From assembly GCF_000143415.4 (NCBI RefSeq), contig NW_003314262.1, forward strand, positions 2,115,046 through 2,179,045: a DNA stretch of 64,000 nucleotides, given 5' to 3'. The notes below the pieces were generated by a model. That model was given only the letters and a program-made list of their open reading frames with translations. It ran no database searches and had not been told where the DNA came from. Source of the DNA: Selaginella moellendorffii (Eukaryota; Plantae; Lycopodiophyta). Below, in pieces: positions 40,046 through 51,033 of the stretch; the first letter of the stretch is position 1; the number at the start of each line of letters is the position of its first letter. The position numbers and the translations under genes are program-made.

Positions 40046-43000
40046 TCAGACTGTTATTTTTTGCCTCCAACGCCTATACAATAATCTTGGAATTTCATCA
40101 CTCTCCACACTATCAGGATTTAAACCCAATAGTAATGCCATCTCTTCTCTAATACGTCCACGCTCATGTTCAGTGGTCGAAGAACCCATCCGGTTGAGCA
40201 GATTATGGAGATGCGGATAGTGCTTGGCTAGACAATATACATGCCATAAATGATGACTGGTGTTTGTCCGATCAAATGGCTTCTGATATACCGTTCCATC
40301 TGCCATTTGGTTGATTTCTGTAGCCACCTCCTGGACTGGCCGGTTCTCTATCACCATCGCTCCAAGCCGTTTTGCAAGGTCCCCCAGAACATACGGTTTC
40401 TTCTCCCTAGTTTCCATACTGCAAGAGATAGGGTGCACTACATATGTGTGTGTGTTCGCTGCAGTTTTAATCGGCGAGTCATCGATGATGAGGATTTCAC
40501 TTGAGCTAGCAGTCCGGTTCATCACTACAGCCTCTGGCTTGACGAAGATGGGCTTGCTACCCCTCACATGGACCATAGTCAAGCATTCCTCCTGCGTTAG
40601 GAGAAAGTCAAATGGTAATATTACTCGCGTCTAAGTGTGCATCATTTGTAGCAACGTTAATGCATTGTGGCGCATCATGGATGTCCAAACTCCCAATTGC
40701 AAATTGAACCCGGCCCTCTGTTTTAAGTGTCGCATGGTCATTATTAGATCCCGCAGTTTCTCCCGTGTGATTAATGTGAATCTGTCTCTTTTGACCAACT
40801 TGCGACCGCAGGCTTTGGAGGGTGCAATGACATTCGAGGACGAGCCACGCTCATGGGAGAAAAGGACACCGTTCAGATCAAAAACGATACAGTACCTTCG
40901 CCGTGACTCTGAAATGAAATGCGTCAGCATAAAAAATGGTACAAGTCAATTTTACCATCTACAATATTAGCGAATGTTGCTCCCGATGGTCGTTGAGAGG
41001 GTTTTGGTCGAGGAAACGTGAAGGGCGGAAATACTCTCCTCTGCAATGTGGGGTCAATCGCATCCGATGGCGTGTGGGCACATGCCATTTCAGCTGTAGA
41101 CTCTGGTACAACTGGCTCAACAGTGGCATGGGGTGGTTCCGATGGCGTGTGATCACACGCCATTTCAGCTGGTGCCTCCGTTGGCAAAGTGGACATGACC
41201 GAACAGGCAACAGGGGCGGTGTAGGGAGGTTCCAACGGCGCGTAGTCAGACGATTGGGCACACGTTGAGTCCGTTGGAAATGAGGATACGACCGGCTCGG
41301 CGGCTGGGGCGGCCTCATGTGGGTCCAATGGCGCCTGGTCACCGTCAGTTGGATACGTGGACAAGATTGACTCAGTGGTATGGGCAGCATCAAGTGGAGC
41401 GTGGTCAACTTGCTTGGCGTTGATATGGATAGTAGCCTCCACCAGCTCTGATGACTCTTGCAGCCAAGTAGAGTCCACTGGCGGATCCATATGCATGTCC
41501 AAATATCTCCCTTCGATTGAGATGGTATCCTCCCGTGCTACTAAAAACAAACTCATTAGCACATTGAATCGACTATACTGTATTTACCATCAACTGCTAT
41601 TGAGGAACTAGGACCGATATCACTTGGGCGCACTGCTGATTCTGAAGGATTGGACATACATTTCGACCCTTGCTTGGCACTATCCTTCCTCGACACTAAA
41701 GGCTAGAGTTTGTAAATTCAACTGAATAATCTCTACTTACCATTTGCTCTGCGACCTACATGGACAATGTTAGAAATGGTAAAAGGTTAGGAATGGATGT
41801 ACTATTATTTACCTGATGGTTTGTCTTGTATGACCTTCCTCCGCTGCTCTTTGGCCACCTCAGGCTGGCCATCGTCGTCATCATCGTCGTCGTCGTTATT
41901 GTGATCGTCACCATTGTGAGGACCATCCAAGTCCTCTTCGTCCTCCTCTTCTTCGTCCTCCTCTTCGTCCTTCTGCTCTTCCTGCTCATTATCTTTCTCT
42001 GGCTCCTCATCCCCCTCCTGCATTTCTTCCATAGGCTGCTCAGGCTGGATGGCTTGTTCTTCTAGGACCATCTTGGGAAAATCATCTGGCCGAGTCTCCA
42101 TCTCAAAATACAAGACATCCATAGCCTATTTTAGTGCGTGACCTAGGACCGTATCCTCACCCGACTGTCTTAACATGGTTTCTGCACGTTCTTGCACCCT
42201 TCGAAGACGACGAGATGAGAAAAACGTGGCCCTGACTTGAAAAGCTTCCCTCATCCATTGTACCTCTCCATTGAGATTGGGGAAGGGGAGTCCTCCATAG
42301 GAATCTGAGTCATGAGGTGGTGACTGCCTGCTTTCACTCAGCCCTTGATCTGCAATGAATGGCATGAGCACACACGCCATAACCGCGAGGCATTACCTAT
42401 CATCTTTTCGTTGCCCTTCTTCCTTTTCGAATCAAACGCCTCTGATCTCAACGACTGTCCAACGTGCTTTCGCTTTTTATGACCACTGTCAGTTTGAGCT
42501 TGGCTGGTGCTTGCCTGTTTTGCCTTTGAAGAAGTTTCTCCTGCAAGGAATGGCATGAGACCACACGCCATTGCAAATATAATTTGTACCTCCTTTTTTC
42601 CTATTGCTTGTCTGTTTGTCCTTCTTCGATGCGCCACCAGTGCGCTTTTCAGTCCTCGTGTCTGAATATTCACAACGATCTATAATCAAAATGGCGTGAG
42701 GCCTCACGTGACCTTACTTTGTGCAGGTTGTGAGCTCGGCCCAACATGGGTATCTTCAACAGTAGCTGTTAATGCCGTTTCAGCATCTGGGGGTGGCCAC
42801 GCTCCTGCATACAGAGCTTGTGAGATTACATTTAAACTTAAAGTGTGTACTCACCAGGTTTGCAAAGAAGATACTGTTTTTCTTTGGCAACTGTAATTAT
42901 ATGCTCCATTGAAGTCACCTCTTCAATGGAGTTTGTCACCACAACACACGGGACACCCTTGAGTAGTGCGGCTCGAAAGAATAGTCCGCCGCAGTTGTAC

Positions 43001-45432
43001 TCGACAACGCATTTGCCCTTGGAGTCGGAAGCAGGTGACCCACCCGCTATTGCGTTGAAGACCCAGCTGAGCATTTCCCATGCTGCACCTGGAGCTTTCT
43101 TTGGATTTGAAAGCTCCATAGCCGTCTTCAGTTCCTCAGACACGGGTAAATTGACCTCCCTCAGATCAATTCGATTGGCCTTGTCGAACGAAGCTGGGAA
43201 GTCACTCTAGTCCCACTCTGCTGCAGGACCAATAACAAGGGCGAGAGTGAAGATGCGGACATTCGTCGGTATCTTCTTCTTAACCATTATCCCATGGATC
43301 TCCCGCATCTCCTTGCCTTTCAACCGAGCCTTCACCTCGTTCAAGGCCTTCCAGAACTTGTGATAGGATTCGGAGTCGTAGATCATATAGTGGACTGAAG
43401 ATTCCACCTCCGCAAGTCCCACCATTAAGTCAATGATGGAGCTGACTTCGTCTGCATGAGTGATCTCCTCGTTTGTGAAGTCCATCACACAAAAGATGTT
43501 CTTGACCTGCTCATCTCCGCGGGAAACGATGCTCCTCCACCTTTGATCCTCATCCAAATTCAAGTATACCCGGTAAGGTTCTCGATAGGCCTCTGCTGCG
43601 GGGTCGAGCTGTTTCTGAAGCCGACGGTCGACATCAATCTTAATGAAATTTGGATACTGATCCAACTTCTCAGCTTTACTTTTCGTGGCATCCCGTAGCA
43701 GATCGATGAACTTGGGGGCCCCCTTCACGTACTCATCGATGTCTTCATTTGACAACTCCAGCACTTCCATCATCTCTTGCGTGGTGTCGATGCTCACCCT
43801 CTCCGCGGCCACTTGCTCGAAGATCCAATCCTTCAATAGCGCACGAGCTCTCAGAGTCGTGCACAAGTCCTCGTATGTCACAATATGGCCGGGAGTCATT
43901 TTGGTCTTGTTGAAGACTACCTCACCACGTAGAAGAGCATTAGCCACTGTCAGAAGGTCATCGTCATCTAGAGACCGCGAGAAACGCAAGGCGTTGAGCT
44001 TCAAATCATTGGGCTTCAGGCCGTCCTCCACACCCATTGAGTTTGGCAACTCCCCGTCATGGTACCTCCTCAGCACATCTACCCATTTGTCAAAAACAAC
44101 TTTTGTCGCGAGTAGAATGTTATGGATGCTAAGTGTGTCATTGACCCCCAGTGTTTTCGAGAGAAGACTCGAGAATTCCTGCAATGGAAATGGCGTGAGG
44201 CCACATGCTATGCCACATGCAACGAGGCTTACCTGCCAGGCGCTAGTTGCTAGTGCACGTCCTTGTCCTGGTTTTTGTGGCTTCTTCAGTTGAACCCAGA
44301 GCTTCCATGTTCGTGCCAATGTCTCGTGCAGACCCGATTTGTAGCACGTTTCTTGCTTGACATTCTGCGCGTGGGAGATGTATATGATAGATCGGAGGGG
44401 CGAGTTGCCTTTTATCAGGCGGACAACTCTTGTCTTAAAGACTTTCTTCACCTCCTCGCCCACCATAATATCCACAACTATCTCTTGCATCGCCAAGCTA
44501 GAATGCTGCCCGGAGACGGCATAGAACCGGATGTTCTGATCGTCCGACACCTTCCTATTGATCAAGTCTGGAAACCTCGTCTCGCCCTTCATTGTTCGGT
44601 AGTAGGGGATCACGTCTGTGATGTCGGGTGTTACTGGACTTGCCAGCATCTTCTGCTTCAGTTTCTCCACCCACTCATCAGATACTAGCCTGTGGTTGTA
44701 TTTGCTTTGGATGTCGATATGGCTCACGTCGATTGTATATACTTTGTTGGAATAGTAACAAGTACTATTATCTGCGACGATTTTTGCTGCCTCTTCTTGC
44801 TCTTTCTGCTCTTTGCGGCTCTTCTTTTTGGTGGGTGTAGTGTTCGAACTCGAGGCAATGGCATCACTGAGTAGCTTCTTTTTTGGAGCAGGAGAGTCGG
44901 ACGTCGGCTTGAGCTTGACCACCCTTTTCTGCTTCGAGGTAGTTTCCAGATCGACCCCCTTCCCCTTTGCTTCGCGAACTGGAGTCACTCTCAACGGCTC
45001 AATGTTGGAATATAGTTTTTGAACATCGCCGTAGGTGAGGTCCGTGGATTCCATGTGATCTTCATAGACCCGTAGCGTCTTTGAAATTGTGGGCCTCCTG
45101 GACAACCTCTCCCTAGCTCCCTCTAGGAATTCCTTATAGCCGCTGCCCCCCTCCGGGAAGCCGCTAGGATGTGCAAGGTGGATCTTGAAGGCAGACGCTG
45201 TCTCTACCACAAGTGCCAGTCCATATTCTTGCATGGAACTGCATGGAGTGTCTGTCACTTGGATGAGGATCCCCATGCATTCTTTTCTCCCACCATCTGT
45301 GTTGTACAGCCTCAGATCCTCGCCTTCCATCCCGAAAGTCCAACTGGTGAGCTCCTCCCCCTTCTCTGCATCCACATTGATAGTGGCTGGAAGAAGAATA
45401 CAATTCCTCGCTTGTTCAGAAATGCACAACAA
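40046..45432 (-). pseudogene. Transposon cargo gene: ParB/Srx-like domain + amino-methyltransferase-like fold + acidic disordered linker + FCP1/NIF-like HAD phosphatase (~1600 aa spliced; 3 in-frame TAG stops)
   Basis: GT-AG introns 44179-44232, 42805-42854, 42680(or 42662)-42717, 42541-42589, 42350-42396, 41756-41812, 41696-41740, 41541-41587 and 40909-40955 join the ORF pieces in one frame. Motifs: IDVSHIDI...RLVSDEWVEKLKQKM...FYAVSGQHS; NPKKAP...VVEYNCGGLFFRAALLKG; IVFDLNGVL...LGVWTSMMRHN...FLLTQEEC...KPIFVK...ILIIDDSPIK..AN. Start codon uncertain. Confidence 0.75.
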
Positions 45433-47105
45433 TTAGAGCTGACAGATAAAAAGCTAGTAGCTGGAAATAACGTGAGGCCACACGCCATTCACCACTGCAT
45501 CAGATGTCTTGAGGCTGCATCCTAAGATGGCGTGAGGCTACACGCCATCTGTAACCGGACTGCACTCGAGAGCCCAATCGGTGCATGCCAATGTTGCTAC
45601 TGAATGGCATGTGGCCTCATGCCATTTTCTACTTGGCCTAAAAGACTTACCATTTGAAGCCGAATGGAGGCGTGACAACCGGACTCGCTGGCAAATGTGC
45701 ACTGTGTGTGCAGCGGATCGTAGCAGCAAGGCTACTCTGCCACTTACAGTTGGAGAGTGGCGCTGAAATCTCCCGGGATGCCAAGTGGGCTGCGTGTGGG
45801 TGGCGGAGTGGGCGGCGGAGTTGGCGGCAAAGTTACAAACTGGGTGTGTCTTGAAGTGGATGCCGATGCACACGAGCGCGATGCGAGCGCGAGTGTGATG
45901 CAAGCGCGAGTGGACGCCGATGCACACGAGAAACCTGTAGAGAAGTGGGAGCGCGAGTGGGAGCGCGATGCGAGCGCGAGTGTGCGAGCGCGAGTACGAA
46001 GCAAAATGCAAAACCTAACCTCACACGCGCGAAATGTCACGACGGTTGGTAATCCCGCCACGTCATCATTTCTCGGACTTGGGCGCCACCATTAATTTCT
46101 GGATCGGCGCGCGCATGCGTGAAATCCAAAAGAAATCCGCAACGTCATCATTCCTCGGACTGCATGCACGCGAAATCCGAAAGAAAGATCATGATTGGGA
46201 TATCATTTAATACCCTCGCTATATTTATACCATGCATGATTGGATATTCCAAAGCATCTTGTATTTCCAAAAATGCCAGATGTTCAGCTAAATAAATTGT
46301 CAGAGGATTTGATGTGACGTTCAAGCATGTGGGCTCATGCAATTTTGATCCCAAGAAATGCACCAAAAAATGCTCGGCGTCATCTGGTGTTATCTCTTGA
46401 ATGGCATGGGGTGAAAACTCCTGGACTCTCTGGACTGAGAGGAAAACGTCCACACGAGATCTTCCTAGGAGATTCAAATCTAATCTAGTCCCTAAATCTA
46501 AAACTACACTACAAGAAGAATGCACTTACCTGCTTGTGCCAAGCCAAGTTGGGACTGTGAACAAGTGCTTGAAGGTGCTAGTCCCACGCCTTTGATCCCT
46601 TGAAGGCGGTGGGTAAGTAAGACATTGCTGTGAAGAGCTGAAGAGATAGGCAGAAAGACGATGTATTGCAATGTATTTTGTATTAGGGATAAGTCTAAAA
46701 ACATTCTAAGTCCTACTTTTATAGTCGCTACTGCTGACGTCAAGGTTAGGAATACAGTCCTAACCTTGAACCTCTCAAGTTTACTTTCCTAAGCTTGAAT
46801 CCTCGAGCTTGTCTTTTTCTCCTTTTTCCACTCTCCCACGACTGCCTTGTGCTGCGTCCCGCAGTCACTGCTCCATCGCTGCATTGTGGGTAGTTGTTCC
46901 CTCATGCGGTTCCTCCTCCTCTTCCTCCTCTTCATAAGTCTGAGCTGCTTCCTCAAAGTCTTGTGATCTGAATTTGACCAGCTTCTTCCCGAGATCAGTT
47001 GCACAAACGCCTCTTCTCGAAACTTTAAACATCCGACTTGAAACAGCCACAACTTCTCCTGGACGGCTTTCAGTTTTGCTGCTTTCCTACTTACTTCCTC
47101 TACTC

Positions 47106-49478
47106 CTACAGAGCTACAAAGGATGAAACCAGCTTGCCTCTGTCCCACCAGAACCTGAGAAACACACTTCCTCGTCTCTTCAACAACTTCAAACCAGCCA
47201 CCTTCAAGTTCAAACTTTGGCCTGGGTATACGGCTCCTCTTGATGGCTGCTCCACAAGGTTCTGAACTTCTACACCTCTTTGTTGTCTAACATCTTCTTC
47301 TTTCTTCTTCACAACAGCTTTCTGCTCCAAGCCAGCTTGACCAGCTGCTGCCTGTTCCACGTCAAACTCTGGCATTGAATTTTTCTTCTGCTCCGTCTGC
47401 TCACAAAACTTCGGAAGAACCACCTCAAGTTCCTGCATCTGAAACTCCTTTATCCACTGCAGGTCTTCGTCTTCTTCTGCTGGTTGCTCAATCTGATCAG
47501 GCTGTTCATCTTCCACCAGGTTTTGCTTCAACCTTGCTTCAGCTTGCTCTTCCACATGAAACTTTTCTTTCTGCTGAACAGGTGCCAACTCCTCTTGGGT
47601 AAAACTTCTTGTTTCTTGATTGTTTGATTGTTTGTTGTGTTCTTTGATTGTTTCTGGATCTTGTGCTTGCAATTCAGCTTGAATTGCTTTAAGTATTTTC
47701 TTGCTTTTCTTCCATTCGGTTTCTGGGATAATTTCCAGTTCATCATCGTGATCTTGTTCTTCCAAATTATCTGGTTGTTGATACTTGTATTGTTGTCTCG
47801 TGATTGCTCGTATTGCTGGTTCTTCATAAGTTTGTGAGTCTTCGACTTCGACCTCAACATTCCGTGCTGCAGGTGGTCTTGCTCTTGGAGCTTGATTGTT
47901 TACGACTTGGTTATTTTCACGATTTGCATTTTGGTAAGGTTGCCGAGGTTGATTATCTTGTTGTGGTGCAGGTCGCTGGTTGTAATTGTAACCTTGAGCT
48001 TGAGGTGGTCTTTGATTATAGTTGCGATATGGTTCTTGATCATAATTGTAATTTCGTGGGGGAGGACATTGGTAGTTATCATCACGTTGCTGATATGCAT
48101 TGTAGTTTCTTCCATAGTTTCCAGAATAGTTGTTTGGTCTTTGATCTTGAGGGGGTATTCTATTGTAGTTGCGATTGTTCTGACGGTAAAAGTTTCCTCT
48201 TTGATTGTACAAATTATCATCACGTTGATAATAATTGTTATATCTTGGAGGTTCATTGCGTGGTGGTCGTGCATTTTGATTCCAGTTTCCTTGATATCGA
48301 AGATTAGGCTCTCGACGAGAAGTATTCTTGATTCTTGAAACTTCCATTGTATTCCTAAATCGGCAATTCTTGGCTGTATGGCCTTCTCTTTCACAAATTT
48401 GACACTTTGGAAGCTGTAACTTGCATTCCGAATATGTATGTCCCTCGTTTTTACATTTTGTACACCACACTCCTGCTTTGTGTTCGGTTTGCGAGATTTT
48501 CCTGATTATATCCTTCAAGTCTTGGTCTTTTGGTGTTTTCTTCTTTGTCTTAATGCGTATTTCTTCCTCTTCTTCATCATCTGAACCGTCATCAGTTTGT
48601 GAAGGTATAGCTTTTGTGAATTGCTTGAATCTCTTTTCCAATGTGAGGATTTCTTTGGAGAGTGTATCAACACTTTCATCATCTGGATTCTCTGTTGCAG
48701 CAGCAATTGTTACCATGTTTCTATAGATTTCTTTTAGTCCTTGGATATAGGATAAGCTCTTTCCTTTATCTGTTATCAAATCTTTGCAGTGCTTTGCATG
48801 AAACTTAAATCGTCGAGTGTAATCTTGAATTCCTTCACGTGATTTTTGCTTGAAGTTTTTGATGATCTCATAGTGTTCTTCTGGAGTTCCACCGGTCTGG
48901 AATTGCTCCTTGAATTGTGTGACCTTTTCATCATGGGTCAAAGCATCATCGAGTGTATTATGCCAATCGAGTGCTTTTCCTTTAAGTGTGTATGGGAAAA
49001 GTATTTCTCGATGCACTTCCTGTTTGTTCATCTTTACAATTTGATCAAATTGTTTAAGATGCTGGTTTGCATCTTCGGTTTTTCCACCAGTAAAAATGGG
49101 ATAGGAAATCATGTTCCCTATGGCTGTCGCTAGGTTGATGATTGCCATTTGAAGTTGTAGACTTTGTTGGTGAAATTGTTGTTCTTGTGAGTCTGGATTT
49201 AAGTAAAACTTTGGTGCTATGTATTCTGCTTCTTCAAATGCCTCAAACTCTAGGGCATCTTCGATATTTAGTTCTTTGTTATCTTTAACTGGGTTGCTCG
49301 ACTCGGCAACTTGAATCTCTTTATCCTCCTTGTCGTACTTTTCTAATATCGTTTCTAAAATTTGTTGCTGTTGTTGTTCTAATTTCTCTTTTTCTATCCC
49401 TTCCTTTTTCACTTCTCGATTCTTTTGTCGAAGATCTCTTTCCCGGATCTTGATTGGGTCTGGTTTGTGTTTGTACAT
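47106..49478 (-). CDS. gag: Retrotransposon Gag with two CCHC zinc knuckles and an N/Q/R-rich tail
   Basis: YPIFTGGKTEDANQHL...FPYTLKGKALDWH...FKQKSREGIQDYTRRF capsid motifs; CTKCKNEGHTYSEC and CQICEREGHTAKNC. Confidence 0.9.
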   Translation of the reverse strand: MYKHKPDPIKIRERDLRQKNREVKKEGIEKEKLEQQQQQILETILEKYDKEDKEIQVAESSNPVKDNKELNIEDALEFEAFEEAEYIAPKFYLNPDSQEQQFHQQSLQLQMAIINLATAIGNMISYPIFTGGKTEDANQHLKQFDQIVKMNKQEVHREILFPYTLKGKALDWHNTLDDALTHDEKVTQFKEQFQTGGTPEEHYEIIKNFKQKSREGIQDYTRRFKFHAKHCKDLITDKGKSLSYIQGLKEIYRNMVTIAAATENPDDESVDTLSKEILTLEKRFKQFTKAIPSQTDDGSDDEEEEEIRIKTKKKTPKDQDLKDIIRKISQTEHKAGVWCTKCKNEGHTYSECKLQLPKCQICEREGHTAKNCRFRNTMEVSRIKNTSRREPNLRYQGNWNQNARPPRNEPPRYNNYYQRDDNLYNQRGNFYRQNNRNYNRIPPQDQRPNNYSGNYGRNYNAYQQRDDNYQCPPPRNYNYDQEPYRNYNQRPPQAQGYNYNQRPAPQQDNQPRQPYQNANRENNQVVNNQAPRARPPAARNVEVEVEDSQTYEEPAIRAITRQQYKYQQPDNLEEQDHDDELEIIPETEWKKSKKILKAIQAELQAQDPETIKEHNKQSNNQETRSFTQEELAPVQQKEKFHVEEQAEARLKQNLVEDEQPDQIEQPAEEDEDLQWIKEFQMQELEVVLPKFCEQTEQKKNSMPEFDVEQAAAGQAGLEQKAVVKKKEEDVRQQRGVEVQNLVEQPSRGAVYPGQSLNLKVAGLKLLKRRGSVFLRFWWDRGKLVSSFVAL

Positions 49479-49577
49479 TCAATTTGCTGAGTCTTCTCAA
49501 CGTGAATGTTGAGGTAAGTTTCCTGAATTTATGTGTTGCCTAAATTGTCTTGAGTCAAATGTTGTTCTTCATAGATT

Positions 49578-49721
49578 GCAAAGTCAAGCTCTTACGTCTT
49601 GAGTCTGTTGCAAGTTTGGTTTTGTTGTATAAATACGAAGTCAAGCTCTTGTGTCTTGAGTCTTCTGCAAGTGTGATTTTGTTGTATAAATACGAAGTCA
49701 AGCTCTTGTGTCTTGAGTCTT
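49578..49721. repeat. ~57-bp tandem repeat (x2.5) upstream of gag
   Basis: AAGTCAAGCTCTTRYGTCTTGAGTC..TGCAAGT....TTTTGTTGTATAAATACG repeated. Confidence 0.8.
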
Positions 49722-50238
49722 CAATCGAGTTTTTCTTTCTCGATTCTTCCCGAGTTTCTTTTCGAGGTCACTTTCCTGTATCTTGCTCAGAAAAGGTCTT
49801 GTATTTGAAAAATCTGGTGGTGTATGTAAGTACGATTTTGTTTGTGGAAGGAGGTCGGTTGTGTCATAAATTGATCGATATAGCTGTTTGCTAGTGATAT
49901 TTGGTGCTGCTCTCCAAGTTTGGGTTCGAGCAGGTATGCAAACGATTGCAACTCTCTTTAGGAGTCCAATCTTATCTAAATTCTTGAACAATTGTTTTGG
50001 TCTCTTACAATATCTTGGTCGTACTGGAATGCGAGCTCTCATTATGAGTGTTTGTGTTTCCCAGTCGTTGGTAGTATTTGAAAATGCTGAATACAGCAGT
50101 AGTTGTATTTTAATGTCCTAATTCTCGTATGTTTCTAGTCTCTAATGTCGTTCACACGTCACAATATAGTTTCCAACAGATTCTTGCTGCTTTAAGCCTA
50201 TGTGTGCGCGGGTTTATCCAGCGCAATTTTCTCTATGA

Positions 50239-51033
50239 TCAATTTCGTGATGGTGCATTTCCCTGATGCTGTTCTTGCCGGTGGTGTTCTACTTCCCTCA
50301 GTCGTATAGCACGTTCTCTTTCACGATCAGAGTCAATCGCTTCACGAACTTCCCAAGGGATAGTCTCAATTAATACTCTTGCATTATAAGTTTGAATCCT
50401 TGATGCAGGATCTCCTAAAATACTCCTCAAAATGTTGAGACTGCTTGGACGCACTCTTCCTTGTTGGTTGCGAGTGATATGTTGCTCTAGGTTGGGGTTT
50501 CGGCGTTGGACCTCAGTGTCAAAGTTGAAGTTCGGTACTGTATTTAATCTTGGCCTATTGTGATCCTGTCTTAAATTTCTCCTCCTTCGACTTGTTATCC
50601 TCGAGTTTCCAAGTCGTTCGCTTGAAATTGTCTCAAGTTCAGGGTCCCGTCGGTTTCTTAATCTCGAATTCTGAATTTGATTTTGTTGATGGCTTTGTCC
50701 TTGATTTCTTAATTCCCCAGCTATTCTCGTCCGTTCTAAACGGTGCCAATATGCTATAGTATATAGTTCGATAAGAGTGCTTGTTGGTAGCGTTACACGA
50801 AGAGGACTTTGAAGAAGTCGGTAAAGTAATTCTGCGTTCTCTTCGAAATCTCTAAATCTAAGAGTGTCCACAAACCAACGAACTTGTGGTTCAAAGGTAC
50901 CACACTCTGTTGCTGCTATGACTCTCGTCAAATCAGTGTTGAAAGCAAGCGTTAATGGTTGAAACGTTTCATGTTTGTGTATGCCTAGGAATTCGACAAT
51001 TGTTTGTTGAAAGAGGTGTCCGCGATACACCAA
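50239..51033 (-). CDS. Extra ORF upstream of gag, function unknown
   Basis: 264-codon open frame inside the LTR element on the gag strand. No ATG start in the predicted span; R/N/Q-rich C-terminal half. Confidence 0.4.
   Translation of the reverse strand: MVYRGHLFQQTIVEFLGIHKHETFQPLTLAFNTDLTRVIAATECGTFEPQVRWFVDTLRFRDFEENAELLYRLLQSPLRVTLPTSTLIELYTIAYWHRLERTRIAGELRNQGQSHQQNQIQNSRLRNRRDPELETISSERLGNSRITSRRRRNLRQDHNRPRLNTVPNFNFDTEVQRRNPNLEQHITRNQQGRVRPSSLNILRSILGDPASRIQTYNARVLIETIPWEVREAIDSDRERERAIRLREVEHHRQEQHQGNAPSRN

Noticed and set aside
40924-40960. Apparent frameshift at a T-run between the linker and the FCP1-like ORF
   Set aside because: Explained by a canonical 47-nt intron (40909-40955) with a CTGAC branch site that restores the frame.
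45538-46095. ORFs in the GCGAG-rich region
   Set aside because: Low-complexity repeat translations open on both strands; more likely 5' UTR or promoter.
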